Positions 36,914 through 46,839 of a DNA stretch of 64,000 nucleotides are shown piece by piece (positions within the stretch are counted from its first letter, which is position 1; every line of letters begins with the position of its first letter). Location: positions 124,001 through 188,000 of the IMG/VR virus record IMGVR_UViG_3300048924_000100; one strand, written 5' to 3'. The position numbers and the translations under genes were made by a program. The notes below the pieces were generated by a model that was given only the letters and a program-made list of their open reading frames with translations, ran no database searches and was not told where the DNA came from.

Positions 36914-38458
36914 TTATGCGGCTACACCGAAGTGATCGAAGTCATTCTCTAATTCGCCATTCTCATTTAGTCGTTGTGTCAAGCTACGACGGAAAGCAGG
37001 TTTCTTGTTAATGTCGTGAATCAAGCCTTGGTCAGGATGGAGATCATAGATCCCGAACCGTTCCTCTGGCAGACAACCCTCGCCCCGTTGTTTACCTACG
37101 CAATAGGTGAAGTAAACTTTGAAGGTTGTTTTGGCCACATGGATGGTGATGACCACATCCACTTCGTTGGTAATCTTGGTCGATGTTTCAGTAAGCGACT
37201 TACCAGAAACCTCTCGAGCAAAATATACCTCAGACTCTTCGTCAGATTCCTGTAGCTTCATCTTGGCTGCTGGAGACAATTGATGAGGAGTAAGGAAGCT
37301 GATACCGCGAGCAATAATGAAACCCCTGATCTTCCGGAAGTGCATTTGCAGCTTGTCGGACTTTGTTTCGCCAGGGATCTTGTCGATGTTTTGCAGACCG
37401 CAGTAGTCGTAGGCCCAGAAGATAATCTCGTGACCTTTGAGTTCCAGTTGACGGCAACGGGCGAACATGGTGTTAGCCGAGTCTTTACTGGAATCAATTT
37501 GGTTGATGATGAGATACCAACCATTTTCTTTAAAGCAACCCACAATAGCGCTAACGATATCGTCGTTGGCAGCCAGTTGGAAGTCAGACGTCTCGCCATG
37601 ACGTGCAGAGAGCGCCAACTTGTACATGCGCATGATGATCAGGTCCATGGTGTCTTCAGCAGACTCCAGGAGGATCGTAGGGATCTTGGCTTTGTCCCTG
37701 AGCATTGGTTTGTTGTACAGTCCAATACTCGCTACCATGTGACTTGTTGCCAAAGACTTACCTCGGTTAGTAAGTGCTTCGATCATGTACATCTTGCCAC
37801 GGCGGAAACCACCGTCAGGATTCAGGGCAATGTTCAAACCCTGGATACCGGTCTTCATGATACCTTCCAGACTGTTCTCACGCTTAGCCATGTCAATGAC
37901 TGCGTTAAACGAATCAGGAGTTTCAGAAGTAACTTGAGCAACTACTTCAGACTGTCGCTCTTCAAAGCCTTGGTTAACACCAGACTGTACCAGATCGATC
38001 AGGTTAGCCCAATCGTCTTTGCCCATGTCATTCAGATCTTTGAAGTAGAAGTCCTTAATAGCCTTCTTGAACTTCTTGGAGAACTCTTCACCTTCTGAGT
38101 TCAAACGGATCTCAGAGATGTGCTGATAGATCAGTTTGCGGGTCTGTTCATCCGTCGCTTGATCTTCCAACCCGTGAGTGATGGCCTCTTTCAGACCGTC
38201 ATCGTTCTTGATGAACATGTTCACACGTTGCAACAATGCTGATTTTATGACCGGTTCATCTTCAGGCTGTTTTAACAGCCAGTGGATAGTTGCGCGAATG
38301 CTGTCTCGAATACCTTTGTCTTGTGTGAAAACATCAGCATTGGGTACAGGCAACTCGTTTAACGTATCTACCAGTTCCGTGATTAGGTTAGTGTCCTTCA
38401 GCTTCTTAGCCTGATACAACGCGGACAACAACTTAACCAGTACCAATAAATCGTTCAT
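36914..38458 (-). CDS. dnaB: Replicative DnaB-like (SF4) helicase (phiKZ gp118-like)
   Basis: Walker A EALTNRGKS, catalytic LESAED, Walker B WAYDY, LTPHQLS and arginine-finger GKQRG. Confidence 0.85.
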   Translation of the reverse strand: MNDLLVLVKLLSALYQAKKLKDTNLITELVDTLNELPVPNADVFTQDKGIRDSIRATIHWLLKQPEDEPVIKSALLQRVNMFIKNDDGLKEAITHGLEDQATDEQTRKLIYQHISEIRLNSEGEEFSKKFKKAIKDFYFKDLNDMGKDDWANLIDLVQSGVNQGFEERQSEVVAQVTSETPDSFNAVIDMAKRENSLEGIMKTGIQGLNIALNPDGGFRRGKMYMIEALTNRGKSLATSHMVASIGLYNKPMLRDKAKIPTILLESAEDTMDLIIMRMYKLALSARHGETSDFQLAANDDIVSAIVGCFKENGWYLIINQIDSSKDSANTMFARCRQLELKGHEIIFWAYDYCGLQNIDKIPGETKSDKLQMHFRKIRGFIIARGISFLTPHQLSPAAKMKLQESDEESEVYFAREVSGKSLTETSTKITNEVDVVITIHVAKTTFKVYFTYCVGKQRGEGCLPEERFGIYDLHPDQGLIHDINKKPAFRRSLTQRLNENGELENDFDHFGVAA

Positions 38459-38481
38459 TAGGAAACCCCTAGGAGCTGAAA

Positions 38482-39030
38482 ATGATTCTTAAGACCCCCC
38501 AAGGGAAGTCAGTCCGTATTTTTTACCTGACCAGCGATATGCAACAGTTGCTGGCCCGTCAAGCAATTCCTGGCAGCGAGATCGCAAAGCTGTCAACATA
38601 TCATCAGAAGTTGACCTTCGGTGAAATCGCTAGCATCCTGAAGTTCCAATATATTGTGGCTCAACAGCTCGGCGTGTTGATGATCGATCCTAAACATCTG
38701 TTCGGTGAAGGTTACAACGCCGGCATGGTCGAGGCTGCATTTAATAGCCTGGACGGTGAAAGCTTATCCGCGATTGCTAAGGATACAAAGTCCTTCAGTT
38801 GCATCGATGCGGGCATGAATACCATTATCTTTCTATTTAATGGGGAGAACGCTCCTAAGGCTCCTGGCTTCGACACGCTGGAGTGTGTCACTTTCTCTAG
38901 CGCTTTGCTGGAAACAATTTTTGCTAAGGTGGGGTACATGGAATCCCACAATGGCAAAATCCCAAAACCTAACCAGGGTGAATTTACCTTGGCAGAGGTT
39001 TACAAACTGGTTAGTATCCAAAACCCGTAA
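38482..39030 (+). CDS. Conserved protein preceding the capsid gene (182 aa, phiKZ gp119-like)
   Basis: AGGAG RBS; lies between DnaB and the capsid gene. Confidence 0.65.
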   Translation: MILKTPQGKSVRIFYLTSDMQQLLARQAIPGSEIAKLSTYHQKLTFGEIASILKFQYIVAQQLGVLMIDPKHLFGEGYNAGMVEAAFNSLDGESLSAIAKDTKSFSCIDAGMNTIIFLFNGENAPKAPGFDTLECVTFSSALLETIFAKVGYMESHNGKIPKPNQGEFTLAEVYKLVSIQNP

Positions 39031-39039
39031 CTTCACTGT

Positions 39040-39099
39040 ATTTTATGTGTAGCGCTAATACACAGACAAATATATTTGTTCACATCCTCAGTAAAGGAT
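39040..39099 (+). promoter_or_regulatory. Candidate late promoter and structured leader of the capsid gene
   Basis: ATTTTATG, hairpin TGTGT..ACACA, palindrome ACAAATATATTTGT and RBS hairpin ATCCT-CAGTAA-AGGAT. Confidence 0.5.
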
Positions 39100-39106
39100 T
39101 CGAGTC

Positions 39107-41287
39107 ATGGCCTTTAAACAAGTCACCGCGTCTCTGAAGAATACCGGAAACCTCTTCAGCGCCGTTCGTCAAGCCCTGGGCAACCAACAACTCAACACCG
39201 TCATTGGTGCTGAGAGCTTCGAAGTGTTCCAAGACGGCGTCAATCAGATCACTGGCGTCGAAAGCCACCAACTGACCACGCTGTTCAAGTCGGTCACTCC
39301 GAAGTCCTACGACGCGTTCTCTGGTTCCCTGAACCGTGCCTCTGTTCCTGGCACCGAAATGGCAATCATGAACGAAGCCGCTAAGGCTCTGGCCGAAGTA
39401 ACTGGTATCGAGGGTTTCTCGCTCCAGAACTTCAAAGGCAGCGAGATGGACATCAAGGCAGCTAACCTGACCTTGAACGCCCAGTCGCACCTGCAGACTC
39501 CAGCCGCCGAAGCACTGTTCTCCACCATCACCGTTCGTTACGAAGACGAAGGCGCTAACCTGGTAGTCCGCGCTGCGGGTATCGGTTCGTACGCCTACGG
39601 TAACAGCGCATGGCAGTCGGCTTCCGAGCTGCGTCCGATCTTCGGTCTGCTGCGCTCCGGCGAAATGTTCAAGGACGAAGTTCTGGCCGTGCATCCGGTA
39701 TATCCGGACGACGCTGGTGACGACAACCGCGACTTCTTCGTTGATACCGCGATCATCGCCGCTTCCACCGCTACCTACCCAGAAGCCGACGCTTATGGCC
39801 GTAGCAGCCACGCCACCCAGTACCTGAAAGTTCCGAACACCATTCCGAACCTTCTGGCTCTGACTCAGGTTCCTGGCCAGCGTCCATGGACCAGCACCGA
39901 TGAACTCGAGTCCAACTCGCTGGTCATCAAAGAAGTTCTGGCTTCGGCTAAGTTGGGTAACACCAACATCAACTTCTTCATCAACACCATTTCGATCTCG
40001 AACAACACCTTCGGCCCTACCAGCCAAGGCCAGTCGTCCGACGACCGTGAAGTGAACCTGCACCTGCGCGCTCTGCCAGGCTTCAGCGTGCTGGACAAAA
40101 CCGGCGCTACCGTCGGCGAAACCCTGTTCGCTTCGTTCAAGACCGCTGGTTACGAGCCTCTGCTCAACATCAGCATGAACGGCAACTACCAGCGTCAGAC
40201 CAACGAAATGCGTCTGAACTCTGGCCAGGTGACCGTCCACGGTCTGCGTGACCTGACCAACGGCAACGTTGTCACCATGCACAAAGCTGACGCAACTCAG
40301 AAAGCGCTGATCAAGTCCCTGACTCTGGGTGCTGTGACCGGTATCGATCTGGGCGGCAACGTCTCCAACACCTCCCGCGGTAACTTCGGCTACCGTATCG
40401 AAGTGTTCGATGCTGACAAGCGTCTGTCCGTTCGTCGCAACAGCCCAGTGTCGGTGAAATACCCGGTATCGGCTGACGACGTTAACCAGGGTTCCCTGGA
40501 CTTCGCGATTCAGCAAATGTCGATCGCGATCAACAACCAGTGCTCGAAGAAAGCTTTCGATGTGGCTCAGGAACACCTGAAGTACATCACTTCGATCGAC
40601 GGCTCCCCAGTTGTCGGCAACCAACAGGGCTCCAACGTCCTGCCAGGTCAGCACTACGTTTCGGCTGCAGCTGTTAACCGTTCGTTCAAGATCAAGGACC
40701 GTGTATCGTCCCTGGACTCGATCGACGTGTTCGACAACGTTGCTGCTGTGTTCCTGAACGAAATCAGCGACATCACTGCTGCCCTGAACACCAAGTCGGG
40801 TCTGGCTGCGATCGCTGAATACGGCGGCACTGACAAGATCGAATGGACCGTCGTGGTTCACCAGAACTTGGCGCGCTTCCTGATGCGTTCGGGCGATGCT
40901 CGTTCCCTGGGTCCGGTCACTCCAATGACCATCGTTGAGACCAACTTCGACAGCCAAATCGGCCAACTGCTGATCGTTCCGAAGAACACGTCCACCAACG
41001 ACTTCATCAACCCACTGGGCGGCATCGGCGTGAACATCTCGAAAGAGAACATCGTCGTGCAAGGCAACGTGACTCGTGACCAACAGGACTTCGGTGTGGT
41101 TATGACCATGCCTACCTACCGTCACTGGCCACTGAACGTTATCATCGGCTCGCTGACCATCGAAGATGCTCACGAGTTCCTGGGTGATGACGGTCTGCTG
41201 ACCAAGCTGGCTAAACAGGTTGTTGAAGTCCAAGGTATGAGCGATCTGATCGCTGCTACCGAAGGCAACGCGCCAGTAACCCCGTAA
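39107..41287 (+). CDS. Major capsid protein (phiKZ gp120-like)
   Basis: 726 aa; among the strongest codon bias in the window; propeptide ending TGIE/GFSLQ; located between the DnaB and gp123-like genes. Confidence 0.85.
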   Translation: MAFKQVTASLKNTGNLFSAVRQALGNQQLNTVIGAESFEVFQDGVNQITGVESHQLTTLFKSVTPKSYDAFSGSLNRASVPGTEMAIMNEAAKALAEVTGIEGFSLQNFKGSEMDIKAANLTLNAQSHLQTPAAEALFSTITVRYEDEGANLVVRAAGIGSYAYGNSAWQSASELRPIFGLLRSGEMFKDEVLAVHPVYPDDAGDDNRDFFVDTAIIAASTATYPEADAYGRSSHATQYLKVPNTIPNLLALTQVPGQRPWTSTDELESNSLVIKEVLASAKLGNTNINFFINTISISNNTFGPTSQGQSSDDREVNLHLRALPGFSVLDKTGATVGETLFASFKTAGYEPLLNISMNGNYQRQTNEMRLNSGQVTVHGLRDLTNGNVVTMHKADATQKALIKSLTLGAVTGIDLGGNVSNTSRGNFGYRIEVFDADKRLSVRRNSPVSVKYPVSADDVNQGSLDFAIQQMSIAINNQCSKKAFDVAQEHLKYITSIDGSPVVGNQQGSNVLPGQHYVSAAAVNRSFKIKDRVSSLDSIDVFDNVAAVFLNEISDITAALNTKSGLAAIAEYGGTDKIEWTVVVHQNLARFLMRSGDARSLGPVTPMTIVETNFDSQIGQLLIVPKNTSTNDFINPLGGIGVNISKENIVVQGNVTRDQQDFGVVMTMPTYRHWPLNVIIGSLTIEDAHEFLGDDGLLTKLAKQVVEVQGMSDLIAATEGNAPVTP

Positions 41288-41381
41288 TAAGGGTTGCCGC
41301 AGCTTACTACGGAGTCTTGACTCCCGAGTAGACTCCGTTGTTGCGTCTGCTGTTGTAACCCCTTTCACAAGGGACTAAATG

Positions 41382-41425
41382 TAAACCCCTCTCCTGCCTT
41401 CGGGTGGGGGAGGGGTTTATGTTGC
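41382..41425 (+). terminator. Capsid operon terminator (UUCG loop) plus TATGTTGC
   Basis: TAAACCCCTCTCCTGCC-TTCG-GGTGGGGGAGGGGTTTA. Confidence 0.85.
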
Positions 41426-41520
41426 TTTTAGATAATTTGCTAAGATATTTCAAACCTACATTATCAAAAGGATAAGTAACTACGAATTGGCTTTTAAGGA
41501 AGCCGGAAGAGGTTCTCAAC

Positions 41521-42657
41521 ATGACTACTGAACTCAATTGCTTCCAACTCAACTACCGTATCACCAATATCTCCAGCAAAGAGATCATTGTCAAGATCAA
41601 AGGCGGGTTGAGTTACATTGTGCAGCGTGGGAGTGAAGCCACCTACATCAATGAACAACAGATCCACGTGGTCATCGAGAACGTCTATCTGGACAACCTC
41701 AGGATCGATCACAACGCTGCTCTGACTAAGCTGGACAAATTCATCTTGGTGGAGTTGTCTAAGGAACATGAGCGGCTGAAGAAAAGCAACACTGAATACC
41801 ACATCCGTATGCCGGTGACCATGCGTGTCCAATTGGACCTGGTTAAAAGCATGGTGGAGCGTAATAACGCAATCCACAGCGAACTGCTCGGCATTACCAT
41901 GTACCTGGGTAGCGAGAACTTGGATCAACCTTGTCTCAATACTCCAGCCTTCACTATGAAGGAACTCTTCGAGAATCCTGGCGATGAGTCTGTACAAGGT
42001 AAAGCAGCACTGCACTACTTTGTTTACGTAAATGACCCACAACGGGTTAACAAACCACTCTACACGAACATCATGGGTAAATCGACTGAGGTACCGGTTG
42101 ACTGTGATGTAAACAAACAACCCGGATTGTATGTTGGCATTTCCCGCGGTATTGAACCACGGGGGACCCAATATTACGCCTTCGGCGAATTGGATGACCA
42201 GAAACTAACACATCTGGGTCTATTCAAGACTAAAGCCGAGTGTGATGCAGGAGGTAATACAGAACGGTTCTTGACGGCAGAGAGCAAGAACCGAGACCTT
42301 AATAAAGACGCCAACAGCATGCGTACCCAGATTGAAAACCTTACTGAGGCATTGGGTAAGTCTGAAACCAATGTCTTCCGCCTTAGCAATGATTTGACTA
42401 AATTGAAAGACGAGCACAAGCTCGAGATGAATGCTGTCAAGATGGAGCACCGTATGGAAGCTAACACCTTGAAGCATTCTGGCAAGATGGCATCGGACTT
42501 GTTTAAGTTCGAGACCCGTATTAAGGATACAGTGAACAAGGCGAACACTGATCTGGTAAAACAAAAGGGCGCCCAAAATTCCTGGGGGGATTTCGCTAAG
42601 GCTGTAGGTACCTTGGCGGGCGTAGCAATCACGGGGTATAAATTGCTAACTGCATAA
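41521..42657 (+). CDS. Conserved protein with coiled coil and C-terminal hydrophobic tail (phiKZ gp122-like)
   Basis: Heptad-rich C-terminal third ending WGDFAKAVGTLAGVAITGYKLLTA; located upstream of the nvRNAP subunit. Confidence 0.65.
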   Translation: MTTELNCFQLNYRITNISSKEIIVKIKGGLSYIVQRGSEATYINEQQIHVVIENVYLDNLRIDHNAALTKLDKFILVELSKEHERLKKSNTEYHIRMPVTMRVQLDLVKSMVERNNAIHSELLGITMYLGSENLDQPCLNTPAFTMKELFENPGDESVQGKAALHYFVYVNDPQRVNKPLYTNIMGKSTEVPVDCDVNKQPGLYVGISRGIEPRGTQYYAFGELDDQKLTHLGLFKTKAECDAGGNTERFLTAESKNRDLNKDANSMRTQIENLTEALGKSETNVFRLSNDLTKLKDEHKLEMNAVKMEHRMEANTLKHSGKMASDLFKFETRIKDTVNKANTDLVKQKGAQNSWGDFAKAVGTLAGVAITGYKLLTA

Positions 42658-42667
42658 CGGAGCATCC

Positions 42668-44329
42668 ATGTCACTGAAATTAGCCAAGGCCATCGATAAC
42701 TCAATGGCGCGGTTTAACACCACCATCACGGAAGGGTTCCACCAGAACGAATTTGAAGGTGCTGTTCACTATTACGAGAATGCTCTGCGGATGATTTTTA
42801 AGAGCATCGAAAAACGTGGCGTGTTCTTCAAATGTGTGAAAGAGGTATCTCCGGATGAGTACATCAGTCACCTGATCCAAAGTAGCACCAAGCTGTTCGA
42901 TATCCACAAGGAAACCTTGTACCCGGTCAAGTTGATGTTTGAATACGTCAACCGAGCTGGTGAGATCATCGAGATGCAGCAGTACACCATGCTACCGTAT
43001 ACCGATGTCTATGGTGACTTGTGGTTGCGCGGTACCCAGTACAGCTTGCAGTTTGTATTGGCGGAACGTGGATTGCCGGTAACAAAAGAGAATGCCTTGT
43101 TTGTCAAGGTGTTGGGCTTCAAGTTCAAGATCGGTACTGAGCACTTCAAGTTCTCCCAGGTCCTCACCGACACGGGTAACCTGACGTACAAGACCACTGA
43201 GTTGAACCTGGCTGCTAACCGGTTCTACAGTCCTACCGAGTCACGCAAGATCAGCGACACCAAAACCCCTATGCCGTTGCTGGCATGGTACACCTTTGCT
43301 GATATGGGCTTCAGCAAGGCGATTGATCTCTTTGGGGAATGTGACTATGAGATCGCGCCTATCGAGGTGTTGGTAGCTGAATGCAGTCCTGAGGATCGTT
43401 GGGAGATCTTTACCCGCGCTTCTCGCTCCGGCAACGCTAAGTACTTGGGAGAGTTTGTCCCCCACGACTACGGCATCGCCATCCGTAACAAAAGCAGTAA
43501 GCGTAAAGAACTCAGCGCAATGGGCTTGCAGTATGCCAGTGCCCTGCTGTTCGTAGTAGATTGCCTTTCGTCGTACTTCGATATTGACAACATCGATAAC
43601 CCGGATTACTGGAAACTCATTATCGGTCGTTGCTCGGTTAAATCCGGTGACAGTAATGAGTACATCATGCGCTTGATGAATGAGCACTTTGATTCCATTA
43701 ACGAGTACCTCGACGAAGATTCGATCAAGAAGTTTGCCAGTCAGTCAATTGTAGTCAGCAACATGTTCGAGTTGTTTAACTACATCATTGCTAACCGCAG
43801 TGAGATTGTGCAAACCACGGATCGCGCAGACATGTTCCACAAGGAACTGGCGAGTCTGGAGTTTACGTTGGACAAGCTGATTACAGCCGCCAACAAGTTC
43901 AAGCACGAGATCAAAAACAACTCCGAGCTCAACCAGAAAAAGGTTGCTCGTTTCCTGACTAACAACTTTCACATTAAGGAGATTGACAATTCGCGCACAA
44001 CCAATCTCATTCAGGAAGCGACGCCAACCGATAACCCGTATGTGGACTATGTGTTGGGTTGTATGCCTCAGCATCGTGTTTATACGAATTCGACTAAAGC
44101 GAAGAAGCGTGGGGAGTTTGATCCCACGGACAGTGCAGGCAGCGCGCATGCGTCTATTGCATTCGTCAACAGCTTCCTTCGGGTAACTGGACCCTACCCG
44201 GATGGTCGAGGTTATCTCAACCCATGTGTATATTTGATTCAGGGCAAAACAACAGCGTTGGATCCTTCGCTGAAGTGGTTGTATCTGAAAACGGATAAGC
44301 GCCTACGCCACCGTGAACCCTTTGCTTAA
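42668..44329 (+). CDS. Non-virion RNA polymerase beta-like subunit (phiKZ gp123-like)
   Basis: beta N-terminal motif MLPYTDVYGDLWLRGTQYSLQFVL and C-terminal GPYPDGRGYLNP; synteny after the capsid gene. Confidence 0.75.
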   Translation: MSLKLAKAIDNSMARFNTTITEGFHQNEFEGAVHYYENALRMIFKSIEKRGVFFKCVKEVSPDEYISHLIQSSTKLFDIHKETLYPVKLMFEYVNRAGEIIEMQQYTMLPYTDVYGDLWLRGTQYSLQFVLAERGLPVTKENALFVKVLGFKFKIGTEHFKFSQVLTDTGNLTYKTTELNLAANRFYSPTESRKISDTKTPMPLLAWYTFADMGFSKAIDLFGECDYEIAPIEVLVAECSPEDRWEIFTRASRSGNAKYLGEFVPHDYGIAIRNKSSKRKELSAMGLQYASALLFVVDCLSSYFDIDNIDNPDYWKLIIGRCSVKSGDSNEYIMRLMNEHFDSINEYLDEDSIKKFASQSIVVSNMFELFNYIIANRSEIVQTTDRADMFHKELASLEFTLDKLITAANKFKHEIKNNSELNQKKVARFLTNNFHIKEIDNSRTTNLIQEATPTDNPYVDYVLGCMPQHRVYTNSTKAKKRGEFDPTDSAGSAHASIAFVNSFLRVTGPYPDGRGYLNPCVYLIQGKTTALDPSLKWLYLKTDKRLRHREPFA

Positions 44330-44353
44330 GCCAGGGGGTGTTAGGAGTGTGTA

Positions 44354-46672
44354 ATGATTAAACCAACAAACCCAGCTGCTGTGCAGATCCCGGACGGGCC
44401 TAACAACTCGATGAATCCGATGGGTCGGCCAGGTTACAACATGAACCAACAGCAAATGAACACCGCCCAGCAGTCTCCGGGTGATGTCATTCGCAACATT
44501 CTGTCGCAAAACCTGAACAACACCAATGCTGCAACTGGTGGTGGTTTTAACTGGGGCGCTGCGGGCGGTAGTCTTTACGAAGACGATGCACTCCGCTCGT
44601 TGCGTACCAGTCAGGAAAACGATCCAACCAGCAACGCCTACTTGATTGACCGGGTAGCCGGTGCAATGCAAATGTTCCTGCAACAGATCTATCACCGTGC
44701 TGGACCTTTCTTTGAAGAGTACCGTAAAGCGCGCGAAGACTTCCGCATGAACGAGATGCAGCAAGTCGATGAGATTCGCAATGCATTTATTGATGACGTT
44801 AACAAGCAGCACGAGTTCACCCGCATCATCGCGATTAACTCCATGCCGTTCTTCGGTAAGGGTCTGATCGAGCTGTTGCGTACTGGCAACCGTGATCAGC
44901 TGCAACAGGCTGAATATCTGAACACGGCGTTTATTGCCTGTCGTAACGTGCTGTTCTTTGAAATGATTAACTGGTTGATGAAGTCGCCTAACGGCCGCCG
45001 TTATACCAACCGGTTGACTAAAGCTATCCAGTCGCGTATCAGCAACCTGGAGAACTTTAAGGAAGCTGCCGCAGCGGTATACGAAGTCTTTAACCAGACC
45101 TCGCCGTACAACAACCTGGAGTTCAAGCGACCTGAATCGACCCGTACCGATTACAACATGCTTTACGGTCCGGCGTCAGATTACATTCAGCGTTCGTTCG
45201 AGCCCCAAGCTGTGCCGTCAGCAGCGTATCAGGATGAAGCCATGCGTGATATTTACAACATGGTAAACCAGAACGCAAACAACCGGGGCCAGTTCCAGCG
45301 TCCCCCTCAGGATAGATCACTTGTGATTGGAGGTGAGGTTATGCAAAGTTGGGATGAGGTGCGTAAAGACTTCAACAATCTGAAACCCGATAACCGTGGT
45401 GAGTTCCGGCTTAACCGGTTCTTCTACAGCATCGGGAAACCAAATCACTACTTCATCCCGGAGAGTGACTGGAAGAAGATTCAACACGCTTACCACCGTC
45501 ACGAGGAACAGAAGGCAGAAGAAACAGTTCTCAAGGACTGCTTCCGTATTGTCATCATCGACCTCGAGAACGACGACGGCTGGTTCAGTACAATCGTCCG
45601 TAAAGAGGGCCTCGATATGCAAAGTGTCCTCACGGACCCGGCTAAGTTATTGCCGCTGTTGGAAAACCCAGACGAGTTGGATGACTCCTGGGTGGTTAAG
45701 CCTTATCCGTTGGCAGACGTCGTGGTTGAGAAAACCATGGACATCCCAATCGAAACCGTCGAGAAGATGGAACAGGCTGTACCGGTTATCGCAGTTGATG
45801 ATGCTGTTATCGGCAACTCTAGCGAAGGCCTGCTGACCACAATCAACACTGTTAACGATCGACTGACGTCCCGCTTCACCAAAATTAACGCCGTTGGTTT
45901 CAACGCTGTTAACTGGGACACTTACACCTGCAAGTCGAAAGAAGAGAAAGACCTGCTGCACGAAGACCTGGCGTTCCTGTTCAAGGACAACGACGGTCGC
46001 GCAAGCTTTGTCAATGCTGTTGCTGCTGTTGCTCGTTACGAACTCCAGAAAAAGGTTAGCCCTGACCTGATCAAGTTCATTGGTGGTCATCTGACTCAGG
46101 TGGTCAACAACTGGCTGATTAACTGTGCGGGCTACAACCCGAACAAGAACGGTAAGGGTCACCTGTCGGTTAGCAACATCCTGACTGACTATCGCGAGCT
46201 GATTGATTGGCTGAAACAACGCGATCCTGAAACCATGCTGCACCTGGTAGAAATGGAAAAAGCCAACTACCTCAACGAATCGGTCCGTATGTTCGACTTC
46301 GTCAACCCTTACACGTTGACTGAAGGCAAAGAACCGACGGCTATCGATCTGTTGAAAGCAGAACTGGAACTGACCGTAGGTCGCCGCATGTATGTTAATG
46401 TGGTGAACAAGCGTACTGGTCCAGCGTATACCGAAGCTAATGTTCCAGTGCGTATCAAGCGCAGCAAGTGGCCGGAATACTTCAAGATGATTGAAGACGG
46501 CTTCGATGAAACCATGGGTGAACTCGGCGACGTAACTGTCACTGACAAACTGCTGCGCTTCTCTGAAAGTGGCGGGCTGTGGTTGTTCAGTTACTCCATC
46601 ATCGATCGTAACGTTGCTACACTGCGCTTCGTGTCTCATGATAAGCCACTGTGCTTGCTGGGACTCTGCTAA
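44354..46672 (+). CDS. Conserved hypothetical protein (772 aa) with Q/N/M/G-rich N-terminus
   Basis: AGGAG RBS; long clean ORF. Confidence 0.75.
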   Translation: MIKPTNPAAVQIPDGPNNSMNPMGRPGYNMNQQQMNTAQQSPGDVIRNILSQNLNNTNAATGGGFNWGAAGGSLYEDDALRSLRTSQENDPTSNAYLIDRVAGAMQMFLQQIYHRAGPFFEEYRKAREDFRMNEMQQVDEIRNAFIDDVNKQHEFTRIIAINSMPFFGKGLIELLRTGNRDQLQQAEYLNTAFIACRNVLFFEMINWLMKSPNGRRYTNRLTKAIQSRISNLENFKEAAAAVYEVFNQTSPYNNLEFKRPESTRTDYNMLYGPASDYIQRSFEPQAVPSAAYQDEAMRDIYNMVNQNANNRGQFQRPPQDRSLVIGGEVMQSWDEVRKDFNNLKPDNRGEFRLNRFFYSIGKPNHYFIPESDWKKIQHAYHRHEEQKAEETVLKDCFRIVIIDLENDDGWFSTIVRKEGLDMQSVLTDPAKLLPLLENPDELDDSWVVKPYPLADVVVEKTMDIPIETVEKMEQAVPVIAVDDAVIGNSSEGLLTTINTVNDRLTSRFTKINAVGFNAVNWDTYTCKSKEEKDLLHEDLAFLFKDNDGRASFVNAVAAVARYELQKKVSPDLIKFIGGHLTQVVNNWLINCAGYNPNKNGKGHLSVSNILTDYRELIDWLKQRDPETMLHLVEMEKANYLNESVRMFDFVNPYTLTEGKEPTAIDLLKAELELTVGRRMYVNVVNKRTGPAYTEANVPVRIKRSKWPEYFKMIEDGFDETMGELGDVTVTDKLLRFSESGGLWLFSYSIIDRNVATLRFVSHDKPLCLLGLC

Positions 46673-46699
46673 ATATCTGCATGGATATTTAAGGTAAGT

Positions 46700-46744
46700 A
46701 ACCTAACAGGGGTGACGCCCTGTTAGGTTGCACCTATGGTGTGC
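46700..46744 (+). terminator. Terminator hairpin plus TATGGTGTGC
   Basis: AACCTAACAGGG-GTGACG-CCCTGTTAGGTT, then a delayed T-tract. Confidence 0.8.
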
Positions 46745-46750
46745 TTTGTT

Positions 46751-46784
46751 TTTTAAGATACAGTTAATCTCACGTCTATATTAC
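46751..46784 (+). promoter_or_regulatory. Early (virion RNAP) promoter
   Basis: Exact phiKZ early consensus TATATTAC at 46777-46784, with upstream TTTTAA. It is the only exact copy I found in the window. Confidence 0.75.
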
Positions 46785-46839
46785 TTGGGTGATTAAGACA
46801 ATAAAGTCTTTCATACTTATCCCAGCTGGAGTAATAAAC

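Noticed and set aside
39080-41368. 762-aa antisense ORF opposite the capsid gene (likewise 3974-5245, 7446-8786, 10027-11157, 17372-19666, 23901-25271, 26231-27535, 49836-51473)
   Set aside because: Each mirrors a strongly codon-biased gene on the other strand, where avoidance of TTA/CTA/TCA removes antisense stops. They lack RBSs and give H/V/Q-rich, motif-free translations.
41440-41500. Possible middle promoter upstream of the gp122/gp123-like operon
   Set aside because: AT-rich, but only a weak partial match to the loose phiKZ middle motif; not supportable without TSS data.
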